Shown here: positions 10,501-22,388 of the stretch, piece by piece | Layout of the letters: each line of letters starts with the position of its first letter | Numbering within the stretch: position 1 is the first letter of the stretch | Assembly (NCBI GenBank): GCA_000708835.1 | Contig: DF236993.1 | Span: 62,001-126,000, forward strand | DNA: 64,000 nucleotides | Origin: Klebsormidium nitens | Taxonomy: Eukaryota > Plantae > Klebsormidiophyceae | Direction of reading: 5' to 3' | Translations under genes and position numbers: made by a program | Notes under the pieces: generated by a model | What the model saw: the letters and a program-made list of their open reading frames with translations, nothing else | Database searches by the model: none | What the model was told of the DNA's origin: nothing

Positions 10501-13500
10501 TGCTCTGAGCAGATGACACGTTTTTGTCAAAGTGGGCCATGCATGGACATCCCAAGACTACTACCGTAATGGGGGCCCAAATTGGCCGAAGTTGGAAAAT
10601 GGTCCGTTCAAAATTAGAGTTAGATGCACTGAGTGTGCGGTTCCGAAGCTTTGACCCGGATGCCCACTTTAAGAGGGAACAAAGGCTTCAGGCGGTTGTT
10701 TCATAACCGGGAGCCGGACTTCCAAAATGATTGCGTACGCGACTGTTGAGCGGCGGGGATCTTGCAACCAGTTCTCTGAAGCATCGTAGCAATTACGTTT
10801 TTGAGTTCCTGAAACTACGCAGCATAAAATTAGCGACGTAAACCTTCATACCAACCTTCAAACCTGAAGGTTCAGATCAGCCTTGTAACGAGACGGCTGG
10901 AAAAGAGAAAAGGATTTCACCGAATCCGTGGGAATTAAGCGCCACTATTACAGAAACATCGCTGGCACGTTTCGCGCCTTCTTTTTCAAAAAAGAGATGT
11001 CAAGAACGGAAAGATATCTCGAAAAGAGCAGTAAGGATTGTACCATCTGCGCCCACAATCAGATTGTAGGGCACCGTTTGCAATTGGACGCCGAACGCTG
11101 TTCGCTGGGTGTCTTGTCCGGGGATGACGTCAACCGACAACCCCTTGCTGCCCTCGGCCTCCACGTTCTCCCTCACGTCTTCGAAGGAGGCCTCGTGCTT
11201 TCTGAAGTCGACGCCTGGACGGGAAGGAAACAAGTGAGCAACAGAAACACAGGGGCTCGTGTTTTCGTAAGTCGAAGCCTGGGATGAGAGAAAAACGAGT
11301 GAGCAACAGAAACGCTGGCTCCCACAGGGCCTTTCTGAGCCACTCTTCGGACGAGGCCTCGTGCTGCCTACAATCGACGCCTGAACGAGATGGATAGCAG
11401 TGAGCAACAGAAAGGCTTGCTCGCACAGGGCCTCCAAAATCTGGCCTTGTACCACGTCTTCAAACGAGGCCTCGTGCCTCCGAAACTGGACCCCCTGACA
11501 AGAAAGGAAGGAGTGCGCGACAGAAACACTTTCTCGAACAGGGCCTTTCTGAGCGACGTCTTCGAACGAGGCCTCGTGCTTTCTGAAGTCGACGCCTGGA
11601 CGGGAAGGAAACAAGCGAGCAACAAACTCGAACAGGGCCTCCACGTTTTGCGCCACCTCTTCGACGGAGGCCTGGTTTTTCAGGAAGGCGACGCCTGAAC
11701 GGATGCGAAACGAGCGAGCAACAGAATTGTCTGCTCGCACAGGGCCTCCACGTTTTGAGCCACCTTTCAAGGCCTTGTGCTCTCAAAAGTCGGCGCCTGG
11801 GGTGGTGAAAACAAGCGAGCAACGGGAAGGTTTGCTCGAACAGGGCCATTAAAATAGCACTCGCGCCGTCAAATGAAAGTTCCGTTTTTCCGAAAGTCGA
11901 CACCAGGAGAAGGGGGAAGATCAATTCGCTCCCCCCAAAGGGGGGTAAGACTACCGATCCCTTGTTTGTCATAAGAGTAGACGTATACGTTTCAAAAAGA
12001 GCAAGAAGATAAGAGTCCAATCTCATGTTTTTGAAAAAACAGTTTAGGAACATGAAGGCTTGCTGGCATGGGGCGTCCTACCTTCTGAAGGCTTTTCAAT
12101 ACTGACGCCCGAGAGAAAACAGCTTTGAGATTGACAGACAAAAGCCTCTGCGTCCCAAATAAAGTCCGACAAGAACGCCTCCCGGAAGCCGACACCTCAC
12201 CAGAAAAGGTACAAAGAGTTCGACGTACAAAACGTCTCTTCCTTGAACGCATAATTCGAAGGTGGGTGTGCAAACCGGCCAGAGTCCAATCTGTGAGGAC
12301 AGAATTCGTTTTCAACAGCTTGGACCAACTTTTTCTGGGGGGGTACAAATGCGGGCCAGACTTGCCCCCCACCTGCACACCGCTTGAAGAAATGCACGTC
12401 GAGCAGGCCCGAGTCGCCGTGCCTCTCCAGGAGCTTTTCCAGCATAACTGCGCACAGGTTAGCGCGGTCGATATTTAACCCGCCCCGGTTTTCTCGGTCG
12501 CCCCCCCGGGCCCTGACCAGGTCGAGTCGCATGGCAGAGGCACCGACATACCGGCCGACCTGCAAAGAATATGAGTGGTATACGACTTGAGATAAGTTGG
12601 TTGAGTTGACTTGTATTGAGTAATGTATTGCATTGATTGAAGTTAGGAGAAGTTAACTAGGAACATTACCAATTTCAAAATTCAACTACGGTGTGTGAGA
12701 AAGCAGTGGGGGTCCCTAAGCAATCAAGCCGACACTGATATGCCTACAGTCCTGTTGACTTTTCTAGACAAGAAGCTGTACTTTAGTTGAGAGATCCTTG
12801 AAGATTCTATTACTGTAACCGTGAGCGTTGGCATGAATCGCAGGGTCATGTAACAACCCTACTGCCCCAGAACTCTGTGCCCCGACTTGACGTCCCAGAC
12901 ACTTCTTGAACGCTGAACGAAGTGTCTGCTACTCATAAGGGTCGGCATGAATCCAAGCTTGGAACATCGTTGAAACCTACAAGCATTCAACTGCCCAACA
13001 ATCGTAAGAGTCTATCGCCCATGTCCGAGATCGCCGTCAACTCGAAAACTTTGGGAGAAAAGAACTCACGTGTATGTGGAGTTGGTCCAGCGGGCGGCTT
13101 ATCTCTTTGATAGCTTCCAACAGTCCCGGCATCGGCTTGCACACCATTTTCCCCTTGTACTGCACAAAGGGCAAGATCACAAGTGTCTGTGAGACTGCGT
13201 TTATGCTTTGTGCATCTGGTTTGTGAAATCGAGAAGTTTTGGAAAGGATGCAGAACCCCTCATTGCAGAGTGTTGTTGCCAGAGGCAAAGGATTGGCTGA
13301 GAGTGGGTATCTTTTGAATGAAATTGCAAATTAAAAATAAAGAGCCCCGTGATGATTTTCCGTTTGAGACTTCTGTGCTGGTGAGCAGCTGGCATGGTGG
13401 CCTCTAGAAGAATCTTAACAATTAGTACCCCTTAACGATTCGTATCTCATCACCTCCAAGCCAGGCTCCACAGTCTCTGGCAATGTTTACACATCTTGCA

Positions 13501-14461
13501 ATGGATGACACTCTCATCTTCACATACACAGAAAGTTGACAAAAGAGTGCGATCCTTGACGAGAAGAGGTGGTTGGAAGTAGCTTGTGAAACGCCCTTTT
13601 GTCTGACAAACATTGTCTAGAACACTATCAGCAAAACAGAGTCACAAAAAAAGTCGGGCTGCTTCTGATTGTCATTGTTTCGACAGACGACCCTGCGCTG
13701 GAGGTTGCAGCACAATTGAGGAGTATGCCAGAAAGAGTTGGCCCTGCCTCATTGGCACCATTGAAAGGGCAATAAGGAGGGGCATTAGCGGGTCGGTCCT
13801 CACGAAATACCTGTCAGTCCAACAAGCTTCAAGTATAATGTACAACTCCCTTCTTTTCAGCAGCCGAAACGGTTCAATCCAAACTGAAGTCCTTGCCCCT
13901 CAACTGACAGTCAACCAGCTAACTAAGCATCTGAGGTTTTTGAGCTCCGCTCTAAGCTCAGCAGCGTGGGTGTGTTATCTGTTTAAGTAAGCCCCCATTG
14001 CCCAGCTCTTCAATGAGATTCCCTCGACGATTCAAGGTACACTACAGCTGGTCACATCAGTTGTCAACTGACTGAAACACCAAGGTACGCTCTTCTTTTC
14101 ATGCTACTCCTTCTGCCCTTTCTTCTACAGCTTGCATTACAAAGAAGTATCAAGAGCCCATTCACACCCACCCCGCAAGCCCTGTCGCCACTGGCAGCCA
14201 TCAGCACAGCATTGTAAAAAGGCCCCTCACCGCAAGTGAGAGGGAATACCGCCGCGCGTTCAGCTCTCTCTTTGCTGTCGTTCGCAGATCTTCCCGCGAC
14301 TCGTAAAGGGAAACTTTGAACGATTTGTTGCCTCGCTCCAAAAGATAGAACGCCAGCAGCAGACCCGCCGGCCCTGCGCCCACAATAACTACGTGGACGG
14401 GCATAGACGTTTTCTCCCCATTCTCGTTCCCCTGTGGAGTCCCTGCAGCGGTTTCCCCCAT
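7545..14461 (-). CDS. FAD-dependent monooxygenase, kynurenine 3-monooxygenase-like (FAD_binding_3 family)
   Basis: Exons (minus): 14461-14231, 13159-13070, 12559-12373, 11214-11044, 10461-10336, 9334-about 9169, 8798-8520, 7832-7545. Motifs: Rossmann VVIVGAGPAG; NIDRANL; LIVGADG|VNSMVR (split across exons 4/5); VLVGDAAHATSPSIGQGCN. Phases are consistent except at the exon 6/7 junction. Confidence 0.85.
7765..8150 (-). repeat. 3-copy tandem duplication (~155 bp) of the last monooxygenase acceptor plus exon start
   Basis: The core GCGACGTTCTTATCCAA-GGCCCTTC-GACTC-GA-AGGTCCACCA-TGCGTGACCCTCGCG (dashes = variable bases) occurs three times, with exon-start positions at about 7832 (true), 7986 and 8142. 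Confidence 0.95.
8760..9080 (-). repeat. ~150-bp tandem duplication of monooxygenase exon-7 acceptor (2 copies plus remnant)
   Basis: GTCCGAATGGTGGTAC...CGCACCGGACCTG occurs at about 8769-8801 and 8919-8951; remnant GAGCGGCCGTCCAAATCG at about 9060. Confidence 0.85.
9260..9700 (-). repeat. ~87-bp degenerate tandem array (about 5 copies) of monooxygenase exon-6 acceptor plus exon start
   Basis: GGGCAC-ATGTTCAGGCCTGGGGG...AAGCACG is repeated at about 9267, 9347, 9437 (degenerate), 9526 and 9618. AACACCT(T)GC (the minus-strand AG|GTGTT acceptor) recurs at about 9330, 9500 and 9591. Confidence 0.9.
11140..11910 (-). repeat. ~100-bp degenerate tandem array (7-8 copies) of monooxygenase exon-4 acceptor plus exon start
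   Basis: GAGGCCTCGTGCTTTCTGAAGTCGACGCCTG-like units with the minus-strand CAG at 11215 (true), 11279, 11381, 11495, 11596, 11695 and 11796, plus a decayed unit near 11900. The ORF track shows GVDFRKHEASFEDV-like peptides four times in ORF 11000-11770. Confidence 0.92.
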
Positions 14462-15094
14462 GGCTTGGGGTTGAAGCGTGTCACAAACGTAACTAGCAGA
14501 AAATCTGTGTTCAATGGAAAAGCTCAGTGGCAAGGCCTGCACCACTGCCAGCCAAGAAAGAAAGCCCTTACACGGTTTAGACGCCTAGAGCATGCAGGCG
14601 CCTTGTAAAGAGGAATGACGCGTGATAGTGCGAGGAAGAATGCTAATGACGAAGCTCAGAACAGATTGATGAGGAGAAGGATTGGAAGCATTGCATTTGG
14701 CGTATACGCGCTGAGCGCTCTCATTGGATGACGTGGCAGCTTCTCTAAAAGTCGCCGGCAGCCGGCTTATCGATCAATCATTACATGTCAGATTTGTTAC
14801 TACCGTACATCTGCGTGTCAGTCTGCCTCTGCTGTCACGCCCGCCGTTGATGTCGGCCTTTTCAAGTACGGACGGTCAGATTCGCAAATGCTTCAGCTTT
14901 CGAAGCCTCTTGTCGCCATACTAGTTCTGCCCTCGCACGGCTCCATGATGTGATTATTGCATGAAGTGATTTTAGGTAGACCAAATTACCATATGTATAT
15001 GCCTTCTCTCCAGTGCATTCGCATGAGGTTTCTCTGACCCAATTTGAGCTGGCAAAGGCGTACGTCGCAATCTGGAGAATGGCCGGATGTCCCG

Positions 15095-18000
15095 ATGGTA
15101 GGATCAGCTAGCTCCTCCAAGCGGGCGCTCATGAAGCCAGGTGCAATGGACCTGCGTCAAGCTTCCAGGAGACGGGGGATTGGGATCGTCTGCTTTCTGT
15201 TTCTAGTGACCTTTGCAAGTGAGCTGGAAATTCCGTCCTATCTCCGTGGCATTTGTTGCCTGAGGCGAAATCAGACAATTGCGGATGTCCTCTTCATTAC
15301 AGTCGCTTGGAAGCTCATTGTCAGGGACCTGTTGCCGAATTGTGCAATCAGGATTTGGGATGCGGCGCTTCTGAGCTTGCTCATTTAGCATGGCGAATGT
15401 CTGAGATTTCACGAAAGACAGGCAGTTTCTCAATTGATGATGCTGTTGCTCTCTTTTCACTATGATAAAACAGTGTGCCTACAGCAATCACATTTTCACT
15501 TTGAGCTCTATCCTGAAAGAACCGGCACGAAAAGCGACCTACTTAACAACCGGACATTCACTCTTGCTTCCATATTTTAACACCGCACAGGGGTCTTTGA
15601 ATCCCTTTTTTGAAAGTGGCTGCTGTTCACAGCTCTTATTTGAAACTCGTGAGTGATGCTTATCCTGCGCATCATACACGTCGATTTTTACAGATGGTTT
15701 TCTGGAGCATGTTGCCTTATCCACAATTGCATAACATCTCCTTGCGGGGTTTCATATTTCTGGCGCACAACATTGCGCTTCCTTGACGGAATTAGAGCAA
15801 CCAAAGAAACCCCATCATGAAAAACTTCCTCACTGAAGATGACCTATTTGGGGGATGCCATGCTCAAAAAGCCAATTGGCGGCAGCAACACTCGCAGATG
15901 TTACGAGTAATCTGATCTTTTCCCCCATGAGAGACTCTACTCATCCAACCACTATTCCCTGGGGGAATGTGGGATTCTCTCCAACCACTTGTAATGGCAC
16001 GTCAGATGGATTCATGGATCCGCATAGGCCCAAGCAACTGTCAAATCGGCAATGAACTGACATGCTGTTCCTGACACGATAAAAGACCTTTAGCACTGGA
16101 TACCCGCTGGCTTCTCGCAAATGATGTTTTCCACATTTCCTGGCCTCCAACCATGGGCTTATCTTTCTGGAAGCAGCAGAATGACCATTCCTCCGCATTC
16201 TGCACACTGCAACGGGAACACAGGTGTGTATTCATTCTCTAAGAGACCATGGGGCTAACGGCTTGTTTCTTCTTATATTTTTGCAGTTGCTTTTCTCCGG
16301 CCAAAGAGAATCGCCACTGTCGCCTCATCCAAGGGAGCTCAGGACTCCCAGGGTCGCACCATACAAGTGCCCCAGAACTTGAAGGACCAAAAGGCAGGCC
16401 CCGACTCCCACTTTGAACGGCTGCATGGAGCAGACGTTGTGTGGCAGGTGCGCTTACCGTTGTTCATCTGCTTGCCGGCTACGTTTTGTATCTCTTGGGG
16501 TCTGGAAGGGTTGCAGAGTCTTCAGCACTTTCGGGGTCTGAAAAGGTTCAGACTACTTGGCGGAAATGCAAAAGGCGGGTCTCGATGCCCACTTTGAGCG
16601 CCTCCTTGGAGCAGACGTCCTGTGGCAGCTGCGCAAAAGAGTCGTCACACCGTCCGCTCGTGGCTTCCTTTCTGCACTTTTGTTCTGCAAGCCTGCAAGC
16701 AGCTGAGCGATTGTCCCACCGCACGCGGCGTTCCTGACTTTCATGTAGTGCTGAAGAGCTTCTCGATCGAAGAGTTGTCACCAAATTTTCGGACTCCACC
16801 ACTCACATGAGTCGCTTGAAAGGGTCTCCGTCGTCGAAAACTACACGTTGGGGGTCCCAAGACCAGCCCGTAACCTCCCATTTGGCTCCCAAAGCTGTGG
16901 ATCAATCATGACTAGGACGTAAATTGGTTCCAGAACCAAGGGTCAGCTGCCGCGCTGGCAGTTGGCTGGGAACTGGTCAGACCGCAGCCTTTCCGGTTGA
17001 TGCTGACCCGAACGCTCGGCCTAGTTTTTGGGTTGGAAAATTTTGTTTATTGTAGAGGCATTTTGACCCGTTTGCTAACCTTGTCGCCAGGTGCCAGTGA
17101 ATCCTCGGGCGGTCCTTTTCCTGGCGTGTGGGTGTTCGCATACCGCACTGGACTTCTGGGAACCTTCGGAAGGTTGCCCCACGTGTCGCGGGTTAGCTTC
17201 TCTTCTTCTTTCCCTCTCTTGTTGCTCCTTTTCTTCCTTGGATCTCTCGTTGCTTCCCCTCTTCCTTGGTTCTCTCCTTGCCATTCTTTTCCCTTACTCC
17301 TCTCCTTGCTCCTTCTTCTCCCTTGCTTCTCTTGTTGCTCTTCTTCTTCCTTGCTTCCCTCCTTGCCGTTCTCTCCCTCCCTCCTCTTGTTGCCCTTTTT
17401 CCCTTGCTTTTCTCTTTGCTTCTCTTTTTCCTTGCCTCTTCCGGATTCGGCGCTGCAGCCCGGCTTCATAGATACGACCAGTTTTATATCGCATTGGTTA
17501 AATTAGCTTGTATAAGCTATGATAGGCGGTCGGCACTGGCCTTGTTTTTTGGGAAGGGGAAATGGAAGGCAGTTAGCAAAGAAAATAGTGTAACAGCGAA
17601 GTCAACTGGACAAGGTTACCTACTTTTTCCGGGCTCAACTCACTTCCCCCATTCGTGAGGTTTCAATCATCGTACACAATGATCTTGTCAGCAGAAAAGC
17701 TTTTGCGAAGAAGGCCAGGCTTTCACTTAAGAAATGAGTTGTAGGTTTTTTGAAGACTCGATTTTGATTAAAAGTCAGGAACATGGAAGACTTGAGGGGG
17801 GAAGCCAACAGACAAAGTGACTTGCCATCACTTTAGCAGCGTGGTAAGGGTATGCGAGCGAGAGAATCTTACAAAGTTGGAATGATGTTTGATTTGGAGA
17901 CAGGTGGTAGTGAGTGTATATCGCCCTCAAGTTTTCTATTCGAAGCTGCTCTCTTGGTTCAAAAGCTGGCACTTCCACCTCTCCCGAAACACCACTCCCG

Positions 18001-21000
18001 GCAATTGTCTGATGTCATCTTTTGTTGCGCAGTTTTCCAGAGGATTACACCCTCAAACAGGCAGCGATTGAGCGGGGCTATGCCGTAGTGGGGGTGTCAA
18101 GCCAGGAGACTTGCTGGGACTCGAACTTCCCCCCCCAAGATTCACTCGACGCGCCCCTCGTCAAGAAAGCCATCGACGACGTCATCAAGCGGGAGGCGTT
18201 GCAAGAGCTGCCGCGGTTTGCGCTAGGGGCTTCCTCAGGGGGTTACTTTATCACGGTAAGCGGGAAAGCGCTTTCAGTGAGAATAAAAAGAGAGTGAAAG
18301 GAAGCAATGATAATCCAAAAGTGGTGGAGCAAGTCGTCTCAGTTCTTGCTGTGTGAAAAGATATGGTCCGAGTATGTGGAGCGATCCTGACATGGGATTT
18401 CCAAGAAGCGGCCAAAGTAGGAGCAGGGGAGCCGTATGAACGGCGTTTTGCCAGGTGTCGTTGAAAGAGGAGTCGCTGCATTGCCTTCATATCAGTTTCT
18501 ATTGTTATCCTAGGCCTCTTGTCTTGTCGTGGAGCAGTCTTTGTCTTTCTGAGTGCTCCTTGGGAGGCCCCTGAAATTTTCATGTTTGGTCCCACTCATG
18601 TCCAAATATCGACGGCCTTATTTGTGCCGCATGTCGAGCATAGAGAAGGGGTTGGAGTCGCTTGAAAATAGAATTTGATGCAACGTCATTTATTCGTCAC
18701 TTGTTGATTCTCTAGTGATCGCAAGGTCAAGATGACTCCATGTTGCCTTTCTGAGTGCTGCTTGGCAGGCCCCGAAATTGTCATGTTTTGCCGTCTCGCC
18801 TTTCTGAGTACTCAATGGCAGGTCCCTGAAAACGTCGATGCCGTGTTTCGGCGAGGAGTTGAGTGAACAAAAAGGTCGTGCGGGCGTTTGGGATTCCCGT
18901 CGGTACTGGATCAGAATGCAGTCCCACGGATCACGGACTGTCATGACAACACCTAAGATTGAGCTACATCCAACCGCGTTAGACAATCTAGATTCAGCCC
19001 TCTAGGCCAAAAAGATTGGAACATTGCAAGCCCCGCTCATTCGCTATCATTTTCTGTGCCGATAGACGCTCGCCCACATAGTGGAGTTCGACGCGCTGGC
19101 GGTATACATCGCGGCGGGCGTTCGGGGGGCTCTCCGCGAGCCGCTGGCGAGCGGGAAGCCGTACCCCCCTACGCTGTTCGTGCATAGTGAGTACATTTTC
19201 CAAATTATTTGACTGCCCTAGCAAGCAAGAGCGACTCTCCGTGTCGCGCTCCAATCCCCCTCTTCAAGTCTTTTGGCAACTTTTGCCCGCTCTATGCCCC
19301 TTTCAAGCCCCGCCAATTCACACAAACCCCTCACAAACCCTTTTATCCTTCCTTAACCCTGATTACAAACCTGCAGTGCCCCGGAACGACTGGACTGCCG
19401 CAGCAATCAAAAGCGCCGGTACGCTCTGAATGTGTCATTCAGGTTTTCTAACTTTTATTACCCCCACTTTCAAGCTCCGCCGAGTTTGACAACCCCTAAC
19501 AAATCCTTTTGTCCCCTCTTAACCCTGATTACAAACCTGCAGTGCCCCGGGACGATCAGACTGCCGCAATAGTCATGAGCGACTCTGCCTTCGTACCACG
19601 CTCTAGATTTAGCTTCAACCCTTCTAACTCCTCTTGCGCGCTCTATGTAACTTCCAAGCCCTGCCAAGATTCATCAACCCCTCAAAAACCCTGTAAGTCT
19701 CCTCATCCTTTCGTATAACATGCTGTGCCCTGTAACCGTCCTTACCCTATTTACAAACCTGCAGTGCCCCGGGACGATCGGACGGCCGGCGCAGTCAAGA
19801 CCGCCATCGAGGAGCTTCGGGAAGTGGGGTCGGAAGCAGCAGAGCTGCGCTGCCCCCCGCTCCGAATGACGCCCGGTTTTTTAGCCGAGCGGATACGGGG
19901 CCTCGATCGCGCCACCTCCGAAAAGGTAAAGTCCATCTTCTTCGGTTTAAGCTGGCCGGAAGCCATTTTAGGTCGTTTGGGAGTCGGATGCTGACAGAGT
20001 ATAGCGCCAGAAAAAGTCCGGGGAGTAGCGGAAGAAAGTCAAGCACGCGGTTTTTGCTTTTCGCAGGTGGTTTTTATTAATGCGGAGTGTGACCAGTTCT
20101 GAGACCTGTCACGATTCATTCCTGAGGGCAAAGACTCGATAGTTGAGCTGTCTACACGCAACACGTAGGGATCCAAACGTGAAAACGAATCGGCAAGAAG
20201 CGCTTGCCGCTGAGTAGGCAATAGCTGAACAGGACACAAAGCTCTTTCTTTGAAGTTCCACTCTCCGACTTTGACCTCAAAGGTATCGACTGTCAATCAT
20301 GATATTAGAAAAGGAAATATGCATGCGACATTTAGAGAAGTCAGGCGCAGAGGTGCTCGTCATTTCCTGCTTTCGTTTTGTTCACTGCTCCAGCACTCCA
20401 TTTCTACGTACGTGCCACTTCTCCAAATACGTTTTCAAGACCATTGTGCGGAGGCAAATTTCAGATCGATCACGAATTAGCAGCAACGAGTCCTCGGGAT
20501 CTAACCGTCGGCACTAACGTCACAGGTTTTCGTCAGCTTCCGGAACGGCGGCTTCTTGGACAAGGACGCCTTCCTGGTGGAAAACCCACGCCGGTCTGCA
20601 TGGTAAGTGACGTCGGCATGACGTCACGTCAGAGGGGGTGTCCTCGCTCGAGGCTCTAGACTGCTGGGTGATGGCAGAACGAGACGGAGGCAGAACCGCT
20701 GATGCTATTGAAGACATCTCGAAGGCCGACTTCTGAATAACGCTTCTACTAGACGGGACGATACACAGTCAAAGACCCACTTTGAAGAGGAATTGCATCT
20801 TTGTTTGAAGCGTGACTGTAGTTTAAGGCTTGGGGAGGTGTTACTCATTCCGCCGCTTACGGCTGGTCGGAAATGTCAATTGGGGGGTCTGGAATTGGAT
20901 TGGAAATTGCCCGAGCAAAGCCCGAGTTGCCACTTTTGCAGACTCATGCACGCTGCAGCGTAACCTAGTCCGCCGCAGAAGCTGCCCTAGACTAGCAAAC

Positions 21001-22388
21001 TCCTCATAGTTTTGCTTCTCAGCCCTTCTACCCACAAACGGCGCAGTTATCGTTCGGGCTTTGGATGACGATATTAGACAAAACCAAAAATCATCCTGGC
21101 CCGCAAGTTAGCAGATTACTTATGTCCTCTTGGCGCTTGGTTCAGCCACTCATACCAACCTGAATCTCCTATCTCATGCAAGTTGTCTTGCCTCTGAAGC
21201 GTCCGAAAGTGAATACTCGTTTTCGGCTCACAGGAGTTCTCTGCTGACGTCAGCGGGTCCCGAGGTGGAGAAATTCACGGAGCACATTGCGGAGGAGCTG
21301 AATGTGCTGTACGGTGAGTGACACATCTGAAATTTACCGAAAACCCTCAGTGCGCCGGTCTCTGCGGTCCTTTCTGGATCAATTTTGGCCGGATACTGTC
21401 ACGTTTTCGACGAGGCTTATGTCGCGGATTTGGACAAGACAGAGAACCGCTTCGCTTGCCTACATGTCCTTCTTATTTTGGGCAGCTAAAACCTCACGTT
21501 TCGAGATCAGGACGTATGGTTTGCTGATTTGAGGTCGCACAGGAGTTAGAGAGCGAGTGACTTTGCCCGTCCGAGATTGATGCCTTAGGTCTTCAAGTAT
21601 GCAGAAAAGAGGGCTCTCTCTGCTGAACAGTCCCAGGAAAGTTGAATCAGGAGAACCGGTGTCGACTCTGCTGGGAACCGAGAAATTTTATAAAGCTCGA
21701 CACGCAGGTCCGTTAAAGATCCACAGACTCACAGACTTCCTACGACGGATTGCGTTTTTCAATGCTTCGTCGTACCTACCTGACTGGCTGCTTATCGCCG
21801 TCTGTCCTAAGAGAATGTCTGGTAAACACCGTTTCTCTTGAGCCGTCCTTCTCAATGCCAGCGGTTGTAGATCCGCCGTGGAAAGAAGCACGATTGGCCA
21901 ACCGCCCAATTCTAGCTTACCGCCTTCCTGTAGAGGTACTAAAATTTCGGATCGTGAGGAGTGTGTTGAACTTTTCAGGCCCCTCTGTCACCCGTTTGCC
22001 ATCGCCGCCGTTGTTCCATCAGGTTCCATTCAAAACCCTGTCTGAAACCTCGTCTTATCCTTACCTGACTGAGCCACTTTTTGAACGCCCTGCCCTAACT
22101 TCGATCATGGCCCTGTTCAAAACCCTTCCAATACTCGACTTAAACCCTGTCAGGCTCTCTTGAACGAGAACCGTCTTCAAATTGACCCTGACCCTGTTTG
22201 GATTCTGTGTAAACCTGTGTCTATAACCTATCTATGGACGTCTTCATGGTGCAGGATGGCACGAGCTCACCAGTCTGAAGGCGTCCGAAACGTTCGACTG
22301 GTTCGAGAACCAGTGTACGAAGAACGGGCAACTAGTGAAGGGGCGCTGCCGGGAGTTCGATGCGGACTTGGCCGACGCCCGGCGCTAG
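15095..22388 (+). CDS. Uncharacterised alpha/beta-hydrolase-fold protein with N-terminal membrane anchor (plant/algal conserved type)
   Basis: Nine phase-consistent exons: 15095-15218, 16287-16447, 17091-17191, 18033-18255, 19066-19186, 19765-19925, 20526-20602, 21234-21313, 22255-22388. Motifs: hydrophobic GIGIVCFLFLVTFAIAF; RAVLFLACGCSHTALDFW; RGYAVVGVSS; nucleophile elbow FALGASSGG; YPPTLFVHMPRD; EELNVLYGWHELTS (candidate catalytic His). Confidence 0.85.
17192..17450. repeat. CT-rich low-complexity (polypyrimidine) tract in intron
   Basis: About 260 bp almost entirely C/T on the + strand (TTCTCTTCTTCTTTCCCTCTCTTG...), starting right after the exon-3 donor. Confidence 0.9.
18535..18835. 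repeat. Three diverged intronic copies of a ~50-bp unit
   Basis: CTTTCTGAGTGCTCCTTGGGAGGCCCCTGAAATTTTCATG (about 18546), CTTTCTGAGTGCTGCTTGGCAGGCCCCGAAATTGTCATG (about 18747), CTTTCTGAGTACTCAATGGCAGGTCCCTGAAAACGTC (about 18800). Confidence 0.8.
19250..19810 (+). repeat. 3-copy tandem duplication (166 and 222 bp spacing) of hydrolase exon-6 acceptor plus exon start
   Basis: CTTAACCCTGATTACAAACCTGCAG|TGCCCCGG-ACGA occurs with the AG ending at 19376, 19542 and 19764 (true; this copy reads CTTACCCTATTTACAAACCTGCAG). About 100 bp of upstream intron sequence is also repeated. Confidence 0.95.

Noticed and set aside
7765-11910. Regularly spaced repeats that superficially resemble CRISPR arrays
   Set aside because: The units are contiguous diverged duplicates of exon junction sequence with no unique spacers. 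No cas genes are present and the context is eukaryotic.
14600-15090. CCAAT-like and TGACGTGG motifs in the short divergent intergenic region
   Set aside because: Plausibly a bidirectional promoter, but short motifs are expected by chance and cannot be supported from sequence alone.
16997-17658. K/E/R-rich and L/S/F-rich ORFs resembling coiled-coil or membrane proteins
   Set aside because: Translation artefacts of the intronic CT-rich tract.
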